Shown here piece by piece: positions 8,981 through 19,050 of a stretch of DNA of 64,000 nt; within the stretch, counting starts at the first letter, position 1; every line of letters begins with the position of its first letter. Position numbers and translations under genes: made by a program. Under the pieces are notes generated by a model. It saw only the letters and a list, made by a program, of their open reading frames with translations, was not told the origin of the DNA and searched no databases. Origin of the DNA: a virus. The stretch spans positions 32,001-96,000 of the IMG/VR virus record IMGVR_UViG_3300047496_000172. One strand, 5' to 3'.

Positions 8981-10176
8981 TATCGATTAAGCTCTGCTTT
9001 AACAATGGCTAAATATTTTTTTGGATTATCAAAGGAATTATTTCCAAATTTGTTCTGAATATACATACCTTTTTCAAAAAGCTTTCCGTATTTTCCTACC
9101 CAAGATAAAAGGGTTTTTTTGGCGTCATCAGACGGATAAAGCCAGTTTAATGACATATAATTAGCCCAAGTTGATACCTGAATCCATCCATTATCAACGG
9201 CGGCTTCTAGTGCCATATTTTTTACTTCCCATCCATCATCCTCATGTTCTTCGCCATCGTCTAAATCAAAATGTTTCAATGCTATATCGGCATGATGTAA
9301 ATTTTGTTCATGATCGCACTCTAATATTTCTCCATTTTCTGTAATCCAAAATCCTCCTTTGGTATCGTTCAATCCTTCTGTGAGACCTTCAGACATCAAT
9401 TGACCGGTATCCATAATATTTGGATATTTTTCTTTCAACCATTCCCAAAGTTTGTAGAGACGTTTGTCGAAACGTTTTTTGGTTTCGGCTGTCATATGGT
9501 TCCGAAAATCTTCTCTGAAATCTATTAGAAAGTTTTTCTTGAAATCCTCGAACGTTCTTAACTTTCGTTTAGCCCCAATGCTTTTATCTATTATCAATTC
9601 TTTCATTACCGAATGCATTCCTTGTTGAAAAAATGCATTGAATTCTTTTGGACTGTTAAAATATTCTGTATTATTTTTTAGTTTTGGGCTTGAAAAGCCA
9701 TACGGAGCATTGCGATCAGATGTTTTTTGTCGTTTAGCATCAAAATAATGAATAAGCTCATGAACAATAGACGATCTATGACTGTCCGAAGTTTTCCATA
9801 TTAATTCTGTCTCATCGGCGATATCTTCCAATTTTATAGATGGTTTTGGCACAAATACTACTGTATATTCTATTCCATCGGTGTAGATCGCGGTAGTTAT
9901 ATATGCTTTGATGTTTCGAGAAGAATCATAAGACGGTCCTAAACCGATAAACAAATCCTTGTATTCTTGTGGTAACCCCAACTCTAATGCGCTAACAGCA
10001 TACACTTTGAAGTCATGATTTTTAGCATGTAGTGTTTTTCTACCCATTATCATTTTTATGGGTTTCTCTTCATTATTATCATGCATCCATTTGAAAAATT
10101 TGTAACATATCATCTCTGCTTTACGCAAAGATAAAATATCACTTTCGGCACTTTCAAAAATGTCATAGAGATTCAT
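8980..10176 (-). CDS. Late protein with HEXXH zincin-like domain and a second phage domain
   Basis: IVHELIHYFD...E.NAF; MNLYDIFE leader; ATAAATA 4 nt upstream. Confidence 0.65.
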   Translation of the reverse strand: MNLYDIFESAESDILSLRKAEMICYKFFKWMHDNNEEKPIKMIMGRKTLHAKNHDFKVYAVSALELGLPQEYKDLFIGLGPSYDSSRNIKAYITTAIYTDGIEYTVVFVPKPSIKLEDIADETELIWKTSDSHRSSIVHELIHYFDAKRQKTSDRNAPYGFSSPKLKNNTEYFNSPKEFNAFFQQGMHSVMKELIIDKSIGAKRKLRTFEDFKKNFLIDFREDFRNHMTAETKKRFDKRLYKLWEWLKEKYPNIMDTGQLMSEGLTEGLNDTKGGFWITENGEILECDHEQNLHHADIALKHFDLDDGEEHEDDGWEVKNMALEAAVDNGWIQVSTWANYMSLNWLYPSDDAKKTLLSWVGKYGKLFEKGMYIQNKFGNNSFDNPKKYLAIVKAELNR

Positions 10177-10243
10177 CGGTTATTTATTCGATTGACAACA
10201 AATGAAAAACTGATATGATGAAATCTTCCGGTAGAAAGGCTTT

Positions 10244-12214
10244 ATGATGATTAATACTATTCAACTTGCTCGTATGATGATTTCTGGTGATATGGAGCCA
10301 GATGAAAATATTATTGTTGGCGTTCTTTCTGACGCATCAAGCCTTTATCATAATGGTGAACAAAGTTTCTTTAGCGACGCGGAATATGATGTTCTCGAAC
10401 GGTTTCTGAAAACCATTAATCCCAATAATCCATTTTTGGCTCAAACGGGTTCGGACGTTCGTGGAGGAAAGGTTAAGCTTCCCCATGTAATGGCAGGTCT
10501 GGATCAAGTGCATGAAGGCGACACCGAGAAGTGGATTATCGCTAATGGTTGGCAAAATCAAGAATTCGTCGTGTCCGATAAGGAAGATGGCACTTCCGGT
10601 CTTCTGATTTATGGTAAGGGTCCGAGGGCGGCTCCTTTTACGGCTGCTTATTCTCGCGGTAATGGAACTGAAGGCGCCGACATTTCACGCCACGTTCGAC
10701 GCATGGGAAATGTTCCCCGGACTATGCCTTACCCTTGTGTCGTTCGAGTTGAATTCATTCTTCAAGAAACAATCTTCATTGAGTTGATGAAAACCGCCGA
10801 AAAACATTATGAAAACTCTCGCGGTTATCTTGCTGGACGAATGAACAAAGAAGATGCTGGCCAAGATTTCTATGATGTCGTTGATGTTGTTGCTACCTCT
10901 CTGGTAGAACCGGGATTGAACAAAATTGACCAGCTACATTTTTTAGAGGATAATGGGTTTCAAATTACGCCGTTTATTACGGCGAAAGGCTATGAACTAA
11001 CTGAAAAAATGCTTAGCGATTATCTGAAAGTGCGCCGAACAGCATCTATTTCTCGCGGAGATACAGTATATCTAAATCACGAAGGTCATGCTATTGATGG
11101 CATAGTTATTACGCTAAATGACTATGCACTTGGCCAAAGTCTAACTCGTAAGAGTAGTTCTCTATGCCCCATGTATGCTAAGAAATACAAGGAAGGTGCG
11201 GAAGAAAATCAAGCGATCACTACCGTTGTAAAGGTTCACTGGAAAGCTTCCAAAACAAGCTATCTTAAGCCTCGGGTTGAAGTTGTTCCAGTTCGGGTAG
11301 GTGGCGTAACGATTACTTTTGCTACCGGATTTAACGCAAAGTATATCATTGATAATGGAATTGGTCCTGGAGCCAAAATTCGTCTGGTTCGCAGCGGTGA
11401 CGTTATCCCGTTCATTACTGATGTTCTTGAAAGTGTCGAACCGTCCCTTCCGGACGAATCAGAATATGGAGAAACGGCTTGGAATGAAACAAACGTCGAT
11501 CTCTATGTTGTGAATTCGGAAAACAATGAAGAAATCATTATCAATAGATTGATTAGTGTCTTCACCTCTCTTGATGCACCGAACCTTAAGGAAGGTAGTA
11601 TCAAGGCTTTGTATGAAGCTGGCTATACAACGGCGGCTTCGATTATCAAGGCCACGGAACGCCAACTGGTATCGGTTATCGGCCAAAATGGCAGCAAGAT
11701 TTATGAAGGGCTGAAGGCCAAGCTGAATCCAATCCATTTGGGTAAGCTGGCTGGCGCCTCGCAGATTTTTGGTCGTGGTATTGGCCGAAGGACCATGATC
11801 AAACTGGTCGATACGGTTGCTTTAGAAACAACCGATGATTGGCTAAATCTAGTTCCTTCTACTATTGTATGTATTGAAGGTTTTGAAGATATAACCGCAC
11901 AAAAAATCTACGATAAAATTCCAGCTTTTATAGATTTTCTAAAAGAAATCGACGGATATTACACCTTGGAAACGTCAAAGACAGCTTCAAGTGCTGATCT
12001 AGCCGGGCATGTCGTGGTTTTCACTGGCGTTCGTGATGCGGCTCTTGAAGCTATTATCATTGACAAGGGTGGCACAATTGGGAGTAGTGTCAGTAAGAAG
12101 ACTACCCATTTGGTTTGCCTGGACCCTGCCAGCAATTCAGGCAAGATTCAGAAGGCAAAGGATTTTGGCATCAATGTATTGACATTAGAAACAGCCCGAA
12201 CACAGTGGGGATAA
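10244..12214 (+). CDS. ligA: NAD-dependent DNA ligase
   Basis: Y..G....SDAEYD, KEDG adenylation motif, SRGNGTEG, DGIV, RSGDVIP, C-terminal BRCT (SSVSKKTTHLV). Confidence 0.93.
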   Translation: MMINTIQLARMMISGDMEPDENIIVGVLSDASSLYHNGEQSFFSDAEYDVLERFLKTINPNNPFLAQTGSDVRGGKVKLPHVMAGLDQVHEGDTEKWIIANGWQNQEFVVSDKEDGTSGLLIYGKGPRAAPFTAAYSRGNGTEGADISRHVRRMGNVPRTMPYPCVVRVEFILQETIFIELMKTAEKHYENSRGYLAGRMNKEDAGQDFYDVVDVVATSLVEPGLNKIDQLHFLEDNGFQITPFITAKGYELTEKMLSDYLKVRRTASISRGDTVYLNHEGHAIDGIVITLNDYALGQSLTRKSSSLCPMYAKKYKEGAEENQAITTVVKVHWKASKTSYLKPRVEVVPVRVGGVTITFATGFNAKYIIDNGIGPGAKIRLVRSGDVIPFITDVLESVEPSLPDESEYGETAWNETNVDLYVVNSENNEEIIINRLISVFTSLDAPNLKEGSIKALYEAGYTTAASIIKATERQLVSVIGQNGSKIYEGLKAKLNPIHLGKLAGASQIFGRGIGRRTMIKLVDTVALETTDDWLNLVPSTIVCIEGFEDITAQKIYDKIPAFIDFLKEIDGYYTLETSKTASSADLAGHVVVFTGVRDAALEAIIIDKGGTIGSSVSKKTTHLVCLDPASNSGKIQKAKDFGINVLTLETARTQWG

Positions 12215-12215
12215 T

Positions 12216-12479
12216 TCATCCCCACCATAATTTGAATAAAGTCGCGCTATTTTTGTCGGTGAAATACATTTTTGGTGCAAGTTTTTCAATTTTTGCATCC
12301 CAATAAGATATAAATGTGCATAGCCATTCTTCATTTAATAAATTGTTTTCGCACCATTCTATAGCATCTAGAACATAATCTTGGTATGTAACGGAATATA
12401 TAAACTGCGCTGGAATATCAGCTTCTATGAACTCAGTTGATTCAAAGTCTTTATATCCAGGTATGTCATAATATCGCAT
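12216..12479 (-). CDS. Small protein, 'ATLFK' family
   Basis: EWCENNLLNEEW...FTDKNSATLFKLWWG. Confidence 0.7.
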   Translation of the reverse strand: MRYYDIPGYKDFESTEFIEADIPAQFIYSVTYQDYVLDAIEWCENNLLNEEWLCTFISYWDAKIEKLAPKMYFTDKNSATLFKLWWG

Positions 12480-12480
12480 A

Positions 12481-12699
12481 TTATCTCCAAAACATTTTGA
12501 ATAAAGTCGCCGATTTTTTATTCGTAAAATTCATAATAAGTAAATTTAATTCGGGCCAATCATAATTTTGTTCCGTATAATAACCCCATTCATCGTTGTT
12601 TAAATTATCAACACACCATTCGTATGCTCTAATGTAATCAGTTGCATTGAATTTGACTTCTATTGGATGTGTCGGCGGCGGCGGCGTGTCGTAGTTCAT
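12481..12699 (-). CDS. Small protein, 'ATLFK' family
   Basis: EWCVDNLNNDEW...FTNKKSATLFKMFWR. Confidence 0.7.
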   Translation of the reverse strand: MNYDTPPPPTHPIEVKFNATDYIRAYEWCVDNLNNDEWGYYTEQNYDWPELNLLIMNFTNKKSATLFKMFWR

Positions 12700-12835
12700 A
12701 CGATGTTATCCTTCTAGCGGCTTCTCTTAAAATATGTTCGCGAGGATGACAACCTTCTTTTGCACAGGCGTTAGCATGCTGGACGACCATATCTAAAAAA
12801 TCTTTTGTAGATAAACTGCTCATAAATTCGTTCAT
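12638..12835 (-). CDS. Hypothetical protein
   Basis: ORF with AAGGA upstream; overlaps the next gene. Confidence 0.4.
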   Translation of the reverse strand: MNEFMSSLSTKDFLDMVVQHANACAKEGCHPREHILREAARRITSYELRHAAAADTSNRSQIQCN

Positions 12836-12989
12836 TATATTTTCCTTAGATATATGAAATTATTAGATAAAATGGAAAAAATAGTCAATATTTATCACCA
12901 TAACAAAGAGGTTAAATCATCTTGACAATATTGAAATTTTGATATAAATATACTTTTCAGTTTTGAAACGGTGTTAAAAAGGATTTATC

Positions 12990-13640
12990 ATGAAGTTTGG
13001 TTTTCTCGCGGGCATTCTTGCTCTTACAATCGCAAGCTCTGCCAGAGCGGTAGTTATTACGGATGTTGAATTTGCTGGTCCAGGACCGATTTACATCATT
13101 TCGGATAACGTTCCCGGTTATGGTGCTGATACTTTTTATGATGATGCCTTGGTTTTGACGGCATTGGATGGCACCAAGTATTATGTGAACTGTGATGATT
13201 TGGTTCACAACATTACTATTGGTTCAGGTCAACATATTGACTACACTGTTGGAAAGGTCGATTCCAACTTTCGTGGCGGTGTTTACACGGTTGCTCAAAT
13301 TGGCGAAATGGCATACCTGGACAAGGTACTGAACCAAATCATCATTAAGGGTGGTCCAAACGAAGCGGTTGATTTGGCTGCTGAACAGGCTGCAAGTTGG
13401 ATTGTAAGTAATCCGGATGTAACATTTTCTGTCGATCCGGTGATTCAATCTCGCACGGATTATTATATTAAGTCCGCAGAAGGCAAGACTGGCACAATTG
13501 CCCAATTTACTGATCTTGGTAACGGTGCGCAGGGACAAACGCTAGGCGCCGTTCCTGAAATTTCAACTTGGGTTATGATACTGGTTGGCTTTGGGGGTGT
13601 TGGTGTAGCCCTTCGCAAGCGTCGGGCGACTCTGATTTAA
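12990..13640 (+). CDS. PEP-CTERM (PEPxxWA-type) exosortase-target surface protein
   Basis: N-terminal signal peptide; C-terminal AVPEISTW + TM helix + LRKRR. Confidence 0.88.
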   Translation: MKFGFLAGILALTIASSARAVVITDVEFAGPGPIYIISDNVPGYGADTFYDDALVLTALDGTKYYVNCDDLVHNITIGSGQHIDYTVGKVDSNFRGGVYTVAQIGEMAYLDKVLNQIIIKGGPNEAVDLAAEQAASWIVSNPDVTFSVDPVIQSRTDYYIKSAEGKTGTIAQFTDLGNGAQGQTLGAVPEISTWVMILVGFGGVGVALRKRRATLI

Positions 13641-13649
13641 ATCAGAGTC
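13628..13649. terminator. Perfect 22-bp palindrome at a convergent gene junction
   Basis: GACTCTGATTTAAATCAGAGTC. Confidence 0.5.
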
Positions 13650-13675
13650 TCCGATTGCGGAAATAAAGAGGTTCG

Positions 13676-14236
13676 TCATCTATGATGATCTTGAGAAACA
13701 AAATCAGGCAAAGTTTTCATTTTTTCTCTAATTTCCCGTAAGGTTATAGGAGAATAATTCCAGCAATCTACGCCAACATCAATCTGTTGTTTGTTTTGGG
13801 AAGCCCCACCATGTGAATGTCCAAATAATTGAACGGCACCTTTGTGGCATTTATTAAATATAGCAAATTTAAAATGGCACAAGACAATTTTTTGATTTTG
13901 GTCGATAATCTCCAAATAAGGTTGAACCGATGCCCAGCGATAAGATTCGATTGTCGTTGGACCATCGTGATTTCCGGTAATCAAATGTAATTCTTTTCCT
14001 TGAAGACGAGAAAGAATGGCGTTTGGATTTGCTTTGTGTCTCCCCAACAAAACATCTCCAAGGACATAAACGCGATCATCATCACTGACAACATTATTCC
14101 AATTTTTGATTAATGCTTCGTCATGTTCTTCAATGGTCTGGAAGGGCCTGTTGCAAAATTTTAAAATATTTCGCTCTGAACTTGTGTAATGTCCGTAATG
14201 AGGATCGCTTGTATAAAATGTTTTCATCATATCCAT
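13676..14236 (-). CDS. Calcineurin-like metallophosphoesterase
   Basis: SDPHYGH, LGD, GNHD, GHSH, DVGVD. Confidence 0.88.
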   Translation of the reverse strand: MDMMKTFYTSDPHYGHYTSSERNILKFCNRPFQTIEEHDEALIKNWNNVVSDDDRVYVLGDVLLGRHKANPNAILSRLQGKELHLITGNHDGPTTIESYRWASVQPYLEIIDQNQKIVLCHFKFAIFNKCHKGAVQLFGHSHGGASQNKQQIDVGVDCWNYSPITLREIREKMKTLPDFVSQDHHR

Positions 14237-14299
14237 TTACACAAAATTATTTTTCTTGTCAACTATTGATTATTTAAAAAATTATGATATTGTACAGAA

Positions 14300-14620
14300 A
14301 TGTATTACCGAGAACCCATATTTCCGCAAACGGTAAAACCAGTATATCTGGTTAAAAATATATTTAGACCTATTGGTGGTGTTGATCTCAATAAAAAACA
14401 ACCTAATCATGTAAGTCGTTCTAAAATAAGCCGTCGTCATAAATTTCCAGAGTTGGTTATCCTTGAAAGTAGAGCGACGCTTGATCCACCTATCAATAAA
14501 AATAGAGCGTCTTGTCGCTATTACTCGGTCAAAGGTAGTGGACGAGACTGGGACTACGATGAACTTATCCATTCAAAAGAATACGCTTATGCTTGGCTGA
14601 ATTATTATAGGTCTTGGTAA
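14300..14620 (+). CDS. Hypothetical protein, paralog of 14788..15117
   Basis: Shared IFPQ..PVY and LD.PIN.NRA..RYYSVKG.G.DW.YD.LI. Confidence 0.6.
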   Translation: MYYREPIFPQTVKPVYLVKNIFRPIGGVDLNKKQPNHVSRSKISRRHKFPELVILESRATLDPPINKNRASCRYYSVKGSGRDWDYDELIHSKEYAYAWLNYYRSW

Positions 14621-14787
14621 CGTGATCGATTTAATTTTTTATTTGCTTCTATATCTGCTTTATTTCATTAGCCTTCGATTGGCTAAACTGCGAAATAGTG
14701 CCACATGCAAAATAATCACGGAAGCTATTTTATTTATAGGCTTAATTACTTTTCTTTTCACGCCAATGAAAATTTAAGAGAGATAAA

Positions 14788-15117
14788 ATGCGTAAAAGAT
14801 ATCATAAAAGACGGAGATATCAAATTTTCCCGCAGAGGATTAGCCCTGTATATATAATTAAGTTTGGAAAATATGGTAGATACATACCGCATATCGAAAA
14901 ATCTTACGCAAAATTGGATGAACCGATCAATGGTAATCGCGCCAATTACAGATACTATTCTGTAAAAGGGGATGGCGGCGATTGGGCTTATGACGATTTG
15001 ATTCTAACAAAATCCCAATCCATATTAGCGTTGGCCCATTACCGGTTGCATAATATTCATGCTAGGTTTATAGATTACGAGAAGAACAGCTTGAAAATTG
15101 GAGATCATTCAGCATAG
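14788..15117 (+). CDS. Hypothetical protein, paralog of 14300..14620
   Basis: Same motifs. Confidence 0.6.
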   Translation: MRKRYHKRRRYQIFPQRISPVYIIKFGKYGRYIPHIEKSYAKLDEPINGNRANYRYYSVKGDGGDWAYDDLILTKSQSILALAHYRLHNIHARFIDYEKNSLKIGDHSA

Positions 15118-15710
15118 TTTTCCCAGCTATCAGCATATATTCCTTTAAGTTTTTCCAAATATGCGCGCGTTTTTATTTTAACCATAAAGTCTTCGCCCTT
15201 GCAAACGACGCCTTCTTCAACCGGATATTTTCCAGCCCGAACATCTTCTATGAATTCGGAAGTTAGCTCGCCTTCATAAATTATTTCCGGACACCACTTA
15301 AAATCGCAGAATATATTCATAAATTTTTTAACAGGGATGAAACCTTTCTTGAACACGAATATGTCCAATAGTTTCAACTGTTTTTCTTCTCCGTCAATAT
15401 GAGAGCCAGCAAAACTACCTTCTCCAAAGAATTCGGTGAATGCCGTTATACGCTGGCACTTCTTATCCATAGATAAAATCATATCTTTAATGGTTTCTGC
15501 TGGACCATTGAGAAATAATGGAATGGCTTCATTGTAAATCAGCGTCGTATGATCAAAAAGTTGATGCCGCGTGCCAAACTTATGCCAACCTTTTTTAGGA
15601 GACCACTCCCAGCGAAGTGAACTCCCATCATATTTATATTGAGCAATAATCGGTTTTCCTAAATACTGAAAAGCTATTTTAGAACCCGGTATAGATGGAT
15701 ATTGTTGCAT
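15105..15710 (-). CDS. RNA ligase-like nucleotidyltransferase (Rnl2-like core)
   Basis: KYDGS, EFFG, LDI, EGVV, VKIK nucleotidyltransferase motifs. Confidence 0.75.
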   Translation of the reverse strand: MQQYPSIPGSKIAFQYLGKPIIAQYKYDGSSLRWEWSPKKGWHKFGTRHQLFDHTTLIYNEAIPLFLNGPAETIKDMILSMDKKCQRITAFTEFFGEGSFAGSHIDGEEKQLKLLDIFVFKKGFIPVKKFMNIFCDFKWCPEIIYEGELTSEFIEDVRAGKYPVEEGVVCKGEDFMVKIKTRAYLEKLKGIYADSWENYAE

Positions 15711-15899
15711 AACCGCCTCAAACTTTAGATAAATACTATTAACAAACTAATTGAAAAATATAATCTGTAATCATTGACACGAACAAATGCCTATCTAAAT
15801 AGATTAATAAGTCTATATAAGGGAAAGATTATGACAAAATATAGATGCGATATTTGAAAAACAAATAGGTGATGAAGTTTGTAATCGTTTAGATTAATT

Positions 15900-15973
15900 T
15901 GGTGCCGATAGTAAGAATCGAACTTACATCTCCATATTACGAGTATGGCCGTCTACCACTGACATATACCGGC
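15900..15973 (-). tRNA. tRNA-Thr(CGT), CCA encoded
   Basis: Cloverleaf GCCGGTA/TATCGGC; D arm TGTC/GACG; anticodon arm CCATA-CTCGTAA-TATGG; T arm GTAAG-TTCGATT-CTTAC; ACCA end. Confidence 0.93.
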
Positions 15974-16051
15974 TTCTTGTTCGCCTAGCTCAAACCGTCA
16001 GGCGATGCTGGTCGTTCGCGTCAATGTTAGGACGTTGATCATAAAAACTAT

Positions 16052-16294
16052 TTAGCTGACTTTTTTCTTATTGCCAAACCATTTTAGACGAATATACCAA
16101 AAATAATAAAATAGAGTGGCGATAGGTCGAGTGAAAGGTCTTCCATAGAAAGTCCATTCTGGTGTTTTCATGTAGGCATCCATTCGAAGTTTTCCTTCTT
16201 CAATAGGAATGATTTTACCCAGACCTTCTCCTTGTAGAATAGTTATCTTCTTACCATTTTCGTAACGAATTATTTCCTTAACCATAGTTGACAT
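16052..16294 (-). CDS. Hypothetical protein
   Basis: ORF upstream of the tRNA on the same strand. Confidence 0.45.
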   Translation of the reverse strand: MSTMVKEIIRYENGKKITILQGEGLGKIIPIEEGKLRMDAYMKTPEWTFYGRPFTRPIATLFYYFWYIRLKWFGNKKKVS

Positions 16295-16370
16295 TCCGCA
16301 ATTTTGTGTTAATGTTAGTTTACCATAGCAAAAAAGGTTTTACAATGCCATTTCGACGGAGAGAAATATA

Positions 16371-17159
16371 ATGTCTAAAGTGACCTGGATTCTTGAACGC
16401 GATGTTTTCGCGGAAGTTTGCTTCAATGAAATGATCGATCATTTCAAGGCGAACGATATTCCTTATCGTGTCGTCAGGATCATTCCATTTATTCATGAAA
16501 TTGAAGGAAAGGTTCCGCAGGTTTCCGATCCGGTTGTCGTCTATGGCAGCATCGGTGTGCAAACCCTGGCTCAACGCCATGGATGGGTTCCTGGCGTATG
16601 GACTAATGACAATTTCGCATCTGGTGGTTCGACCGAGATTTCTGATCTTCTGGTAAACGGTTCTTTTGAAATTATGAAGTTGAGCGAAGTCGCCGACAAG
16701 GTAATGCTCGATGAATTTTTCATCAAACCCAATAGCGACAACAAAGAATTCGCTGGAATGGTTATTACTCGCGAAGAATTTGGTGTTTGGCATGCTAAGA
16801 TGCTCGACATCAACTATTTGGAAACCGATGACTTTGATGTTATCGTGGCGCCATATCGAAAGCTTGGTTGCGAATGGCGAGTGGTCGTAGTGAATGGAAA
16901 GATCAGTTCAGCATCGATCTATCGGCAATACGGTATCGTCAAGCCAGAACGTCATATTATTCCAGAAGTGGAAAGCATTGTAATGGAAGCGCATAGCCGA
17001 TTTGTGCCCGCACCAGTATATGTAGTAGACGTAGCACAGGTCGGAGATGAATACAAAATCATCGAATATAACACCTTCAATTCAGCCGGTCTGTATGCTT
17101 GTGATGTTGGAAAGATCATCGATGACATTAACGCTTTCCTTTTAGATCAAGCTCAATGA
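16371..17159 (+). CDS. ATP-grasp domain protein (DUF4343/R2K-like)
   Basis: FIKP...K.FAG, EWRVVVVNG, YVVDVA, KIIEYN.FNSAGLY. Confidence 0.8.
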   Translation: MSKVTWILERDVFAEVCFNEMIDHFKANDIPYRVVRIIPFIHEIEGKVPQVSDPVVVYGSIGVQTLAQRHGWVPGVWTNDNFASGGSTEISDLLVNGSFEIMKLSEVADKVMLDEFFIKPNSDNKEFAGMVITREEFGVWHAKMLDINYLETDDFDVIVAPYRKLGCEWRVVVVNGKISSASIYRQYGIVKPERHIIPEVESIVMEAHSRFVPAPVYVVDVAQVGDEYKIIEYNTFNSAGLYACDVGKIIDDINAFLLDQAQ

Positions 17160-17166
17160 TCTAAAT

Positions 17167-17382
17167 ATGCTCATGATAAAGTGGTCACCATTGCTGGTTT
17201 TTGGACCTATCACCGCTTTGCTGGTGGCGATGGTGATCATTCATTGGAGCAAGAAAAATTATGGTCAAGCCATGATTTATGCCACTATACTTTCTTTTTG
17301 GGTAATTTTTGAATTGCCCTTAGTTGGATGGATGGCAATACATCTTCATCAACAATTAGCTGGTCTTTTTCATTGGAGCTAA
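17167..17382 (+). CDS. Small membrane protein
   Basis: Two hydrophobic segments. Confidence 0.5.
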   Translation: MLMIKWSPLLVFGPITALLVAMVIIHWSKKNYGQAMIYATILSFWVIFELPLVGWMAIHLHQQLAGLFHWS

Positions 17383-17383
17383 A

Positions 17384-18079
17384 TTACCAAACTTGATCCA
17401 TATACCCTTTCATGAATTTTTTAGCTGACATAGACTTTCCTTTTTCGTGATTTACAACGGTATCATCTTGAAATCTTAGCGTAAAATTTTTATCAGATCG
17501 CATTCCACTACCGACTTGGTTTTTTCTATCTTTTGCGATAGCGGAATATTTTTCTGAATTACTTCTTTCGTCGAGTGTTTTTATGATCGCTTCTTTTGCG
17601 TCTCGTAGATTAGATATTCTTTCTCTTCCTTGTCTTGCTTCTATAATACCAGTTGGTATATGAATTAATCGACAAGAGTTGGGGTGACGATTTCGATGTT
17701 GGCCGCCATTTCCGGTTCCAGAGAACCATTCCACGCGAAAATCGTCATCAGATCGTTTTGAATAAATGTCTGAAGTTGTTGTTTCAGGATTTATGACAGC
17801 ACAAGTTATAGTTGAGGAATGAACGCGTCCTCGTTTTTCAGTAGGAGAAACACGCTGGGTTCTTATTCCACCAGAACCATTATGTAAAATTTCGAGATCG
17901 GCGCCAATAATTTCGATTGCAACTTCGGCATACCCTGCATCAGATGGGCGTTCTCTGACGATGCGGGACTTTCAACCTTTACGAGTCGCCAGCTTTAAAT
18001 AAGCCTTCATCAAATCAGCACAAAACATACTCGCGTCGAGTCCGCCTTCACCTGATCGTAATTCCACAATGCGAATCAT
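17384..18079 (-). CDS. Class-1 peptide chain release factor (RF1-like, lacking domain 1) with in-frame UGA at codon 36
   Basis: Manual translation from ATG 18079 (GAAGGAG SD): MIRIVELRSGEGGLDASMF...YLKLATRKG*KSRIV...QRVSPTEKRGRVHSST...GTGNGGQHRN...GSGMRSDK; TGA at 17972-17974; same frame as track ORF 17384..17734. Confidence 0.85.
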
Positions 18080-18185
18080 AATAAAATCTCCTTCGTATTT
18101 TTATTTAGCATTATAGGTTGACTTTTGTCAAGAAATTAGTTAAAAAATAATATGACAACCTTCCGGCAAACCATGGATTTTTTAA

Positions 18186-18623
18186 ATGGACAGTAATATT
18201 ACATACGAAGAGTTTGAAGAACTCTGCCGTGAAGCTATTCGCGATAAAGAAAAAGCGTATTGGTTAGCTGAAGAAGGTAATTTGAATCGATACAATCCTA
18301 CTGTCGATCTTCAATATTATACTGAAGGTAGATGGTCTACTGGCGGCCAGGGTGGCGGTAGTTGCTGGGATGAAGGTGAATCTCATTACTACGCGTTAGA
18401 AGGTGAGCAAGAGCCAAAGGACGAATATCTATCCTTGTTTTTGTTAAAAATCGTTCCAGAATTGACTTACGCGCAATTTGTAAATCTTGAAAAATCTGAA
18501 TTTTTTGAGTATTCTACGGAATATCAAAACGAATATTACGGAAATTATACGACATATGGTATTCGTAAGTTCAACTTACGAACTCTCTATGATGTTTTAA
18601 AACAGATGTCTGTAAATGGATAG
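18186..18623 (+). CDS. Hypothetical phage protein, paralog of next gene
   Basis: MDSN.TYEEFE, W..GG..GG.CW, EYYGNYT. Confidence 0.7.
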   Translation: MDSNITYEEFEELCREAIRDKEKAYWLAEEGNLNRYNPTVDLQYYTEGRWSTGGQGGGSCWDEGESHYYALEGEQEPKDEYLSLFLLKIVPELTYAQFVNLEKSEFFEYSTEYQNEYYGNYTTYGIRKFNLRTLYDVLKQMSVNG

Positions 18624-19050
18624 CAATACGACATACGAAGAATTCGAGAACAAAGTCAGAGATGTTATTATCTCTGTCCATAAGCCGCAAATCTGCGTCA
18701 GAGATAATAAGGCCAAGGTTGGATACAAATACATTCCAGATACGAAATTTGATATTAACACTTATCTAACGCTTAAATGGGAAATTGGTGGAGCCAGGGG
18801 CGGAAATTGTTGGGGTGATGATGCTTGCCAATATACCAGCTATACAGAAGAACCCGATTTTACTTTATTGGATAGCATCTTAGAAGCAATTGTTCCTGAT
18901 ATTTCTTTTTTGAAATACAAATCAATCGTTTCGCAAGTTATCATAAGAAAAAGTGGGACTGATATGGAGTATTATGGAAATTATACTGATTATAAGACCA
19001 AAACTCTTGATCTTCAAAAACTTTATTATTTGTTGTTTGGTGACCAATGA
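18616..19050 (+). CDS. Hypothetical phage protein, tandem paralog
   Basis: Same motifs. Confidence 0.7.
   Translation: MDSNTTYEEFENKVRDVIISVHKPQICVRDNKAKVGYKYIPDTKFDINTYLTLKWEIGGARGGNCWGDDACQYTSYTEEPDFTLLDSILEAIVPDISFLKYKSIVSQVIIRKSGTDMEYYGNYTDYKTKTLDLQKLYYLLFGDQ

Noticed and set aside
16320-16813. Antisense ORFs here and at 7567, 24984, 28273, 28990, 29464, 29992, 32188 and 40224
   Set aside because: They are shadows of well-supported genes on the opposite strand.
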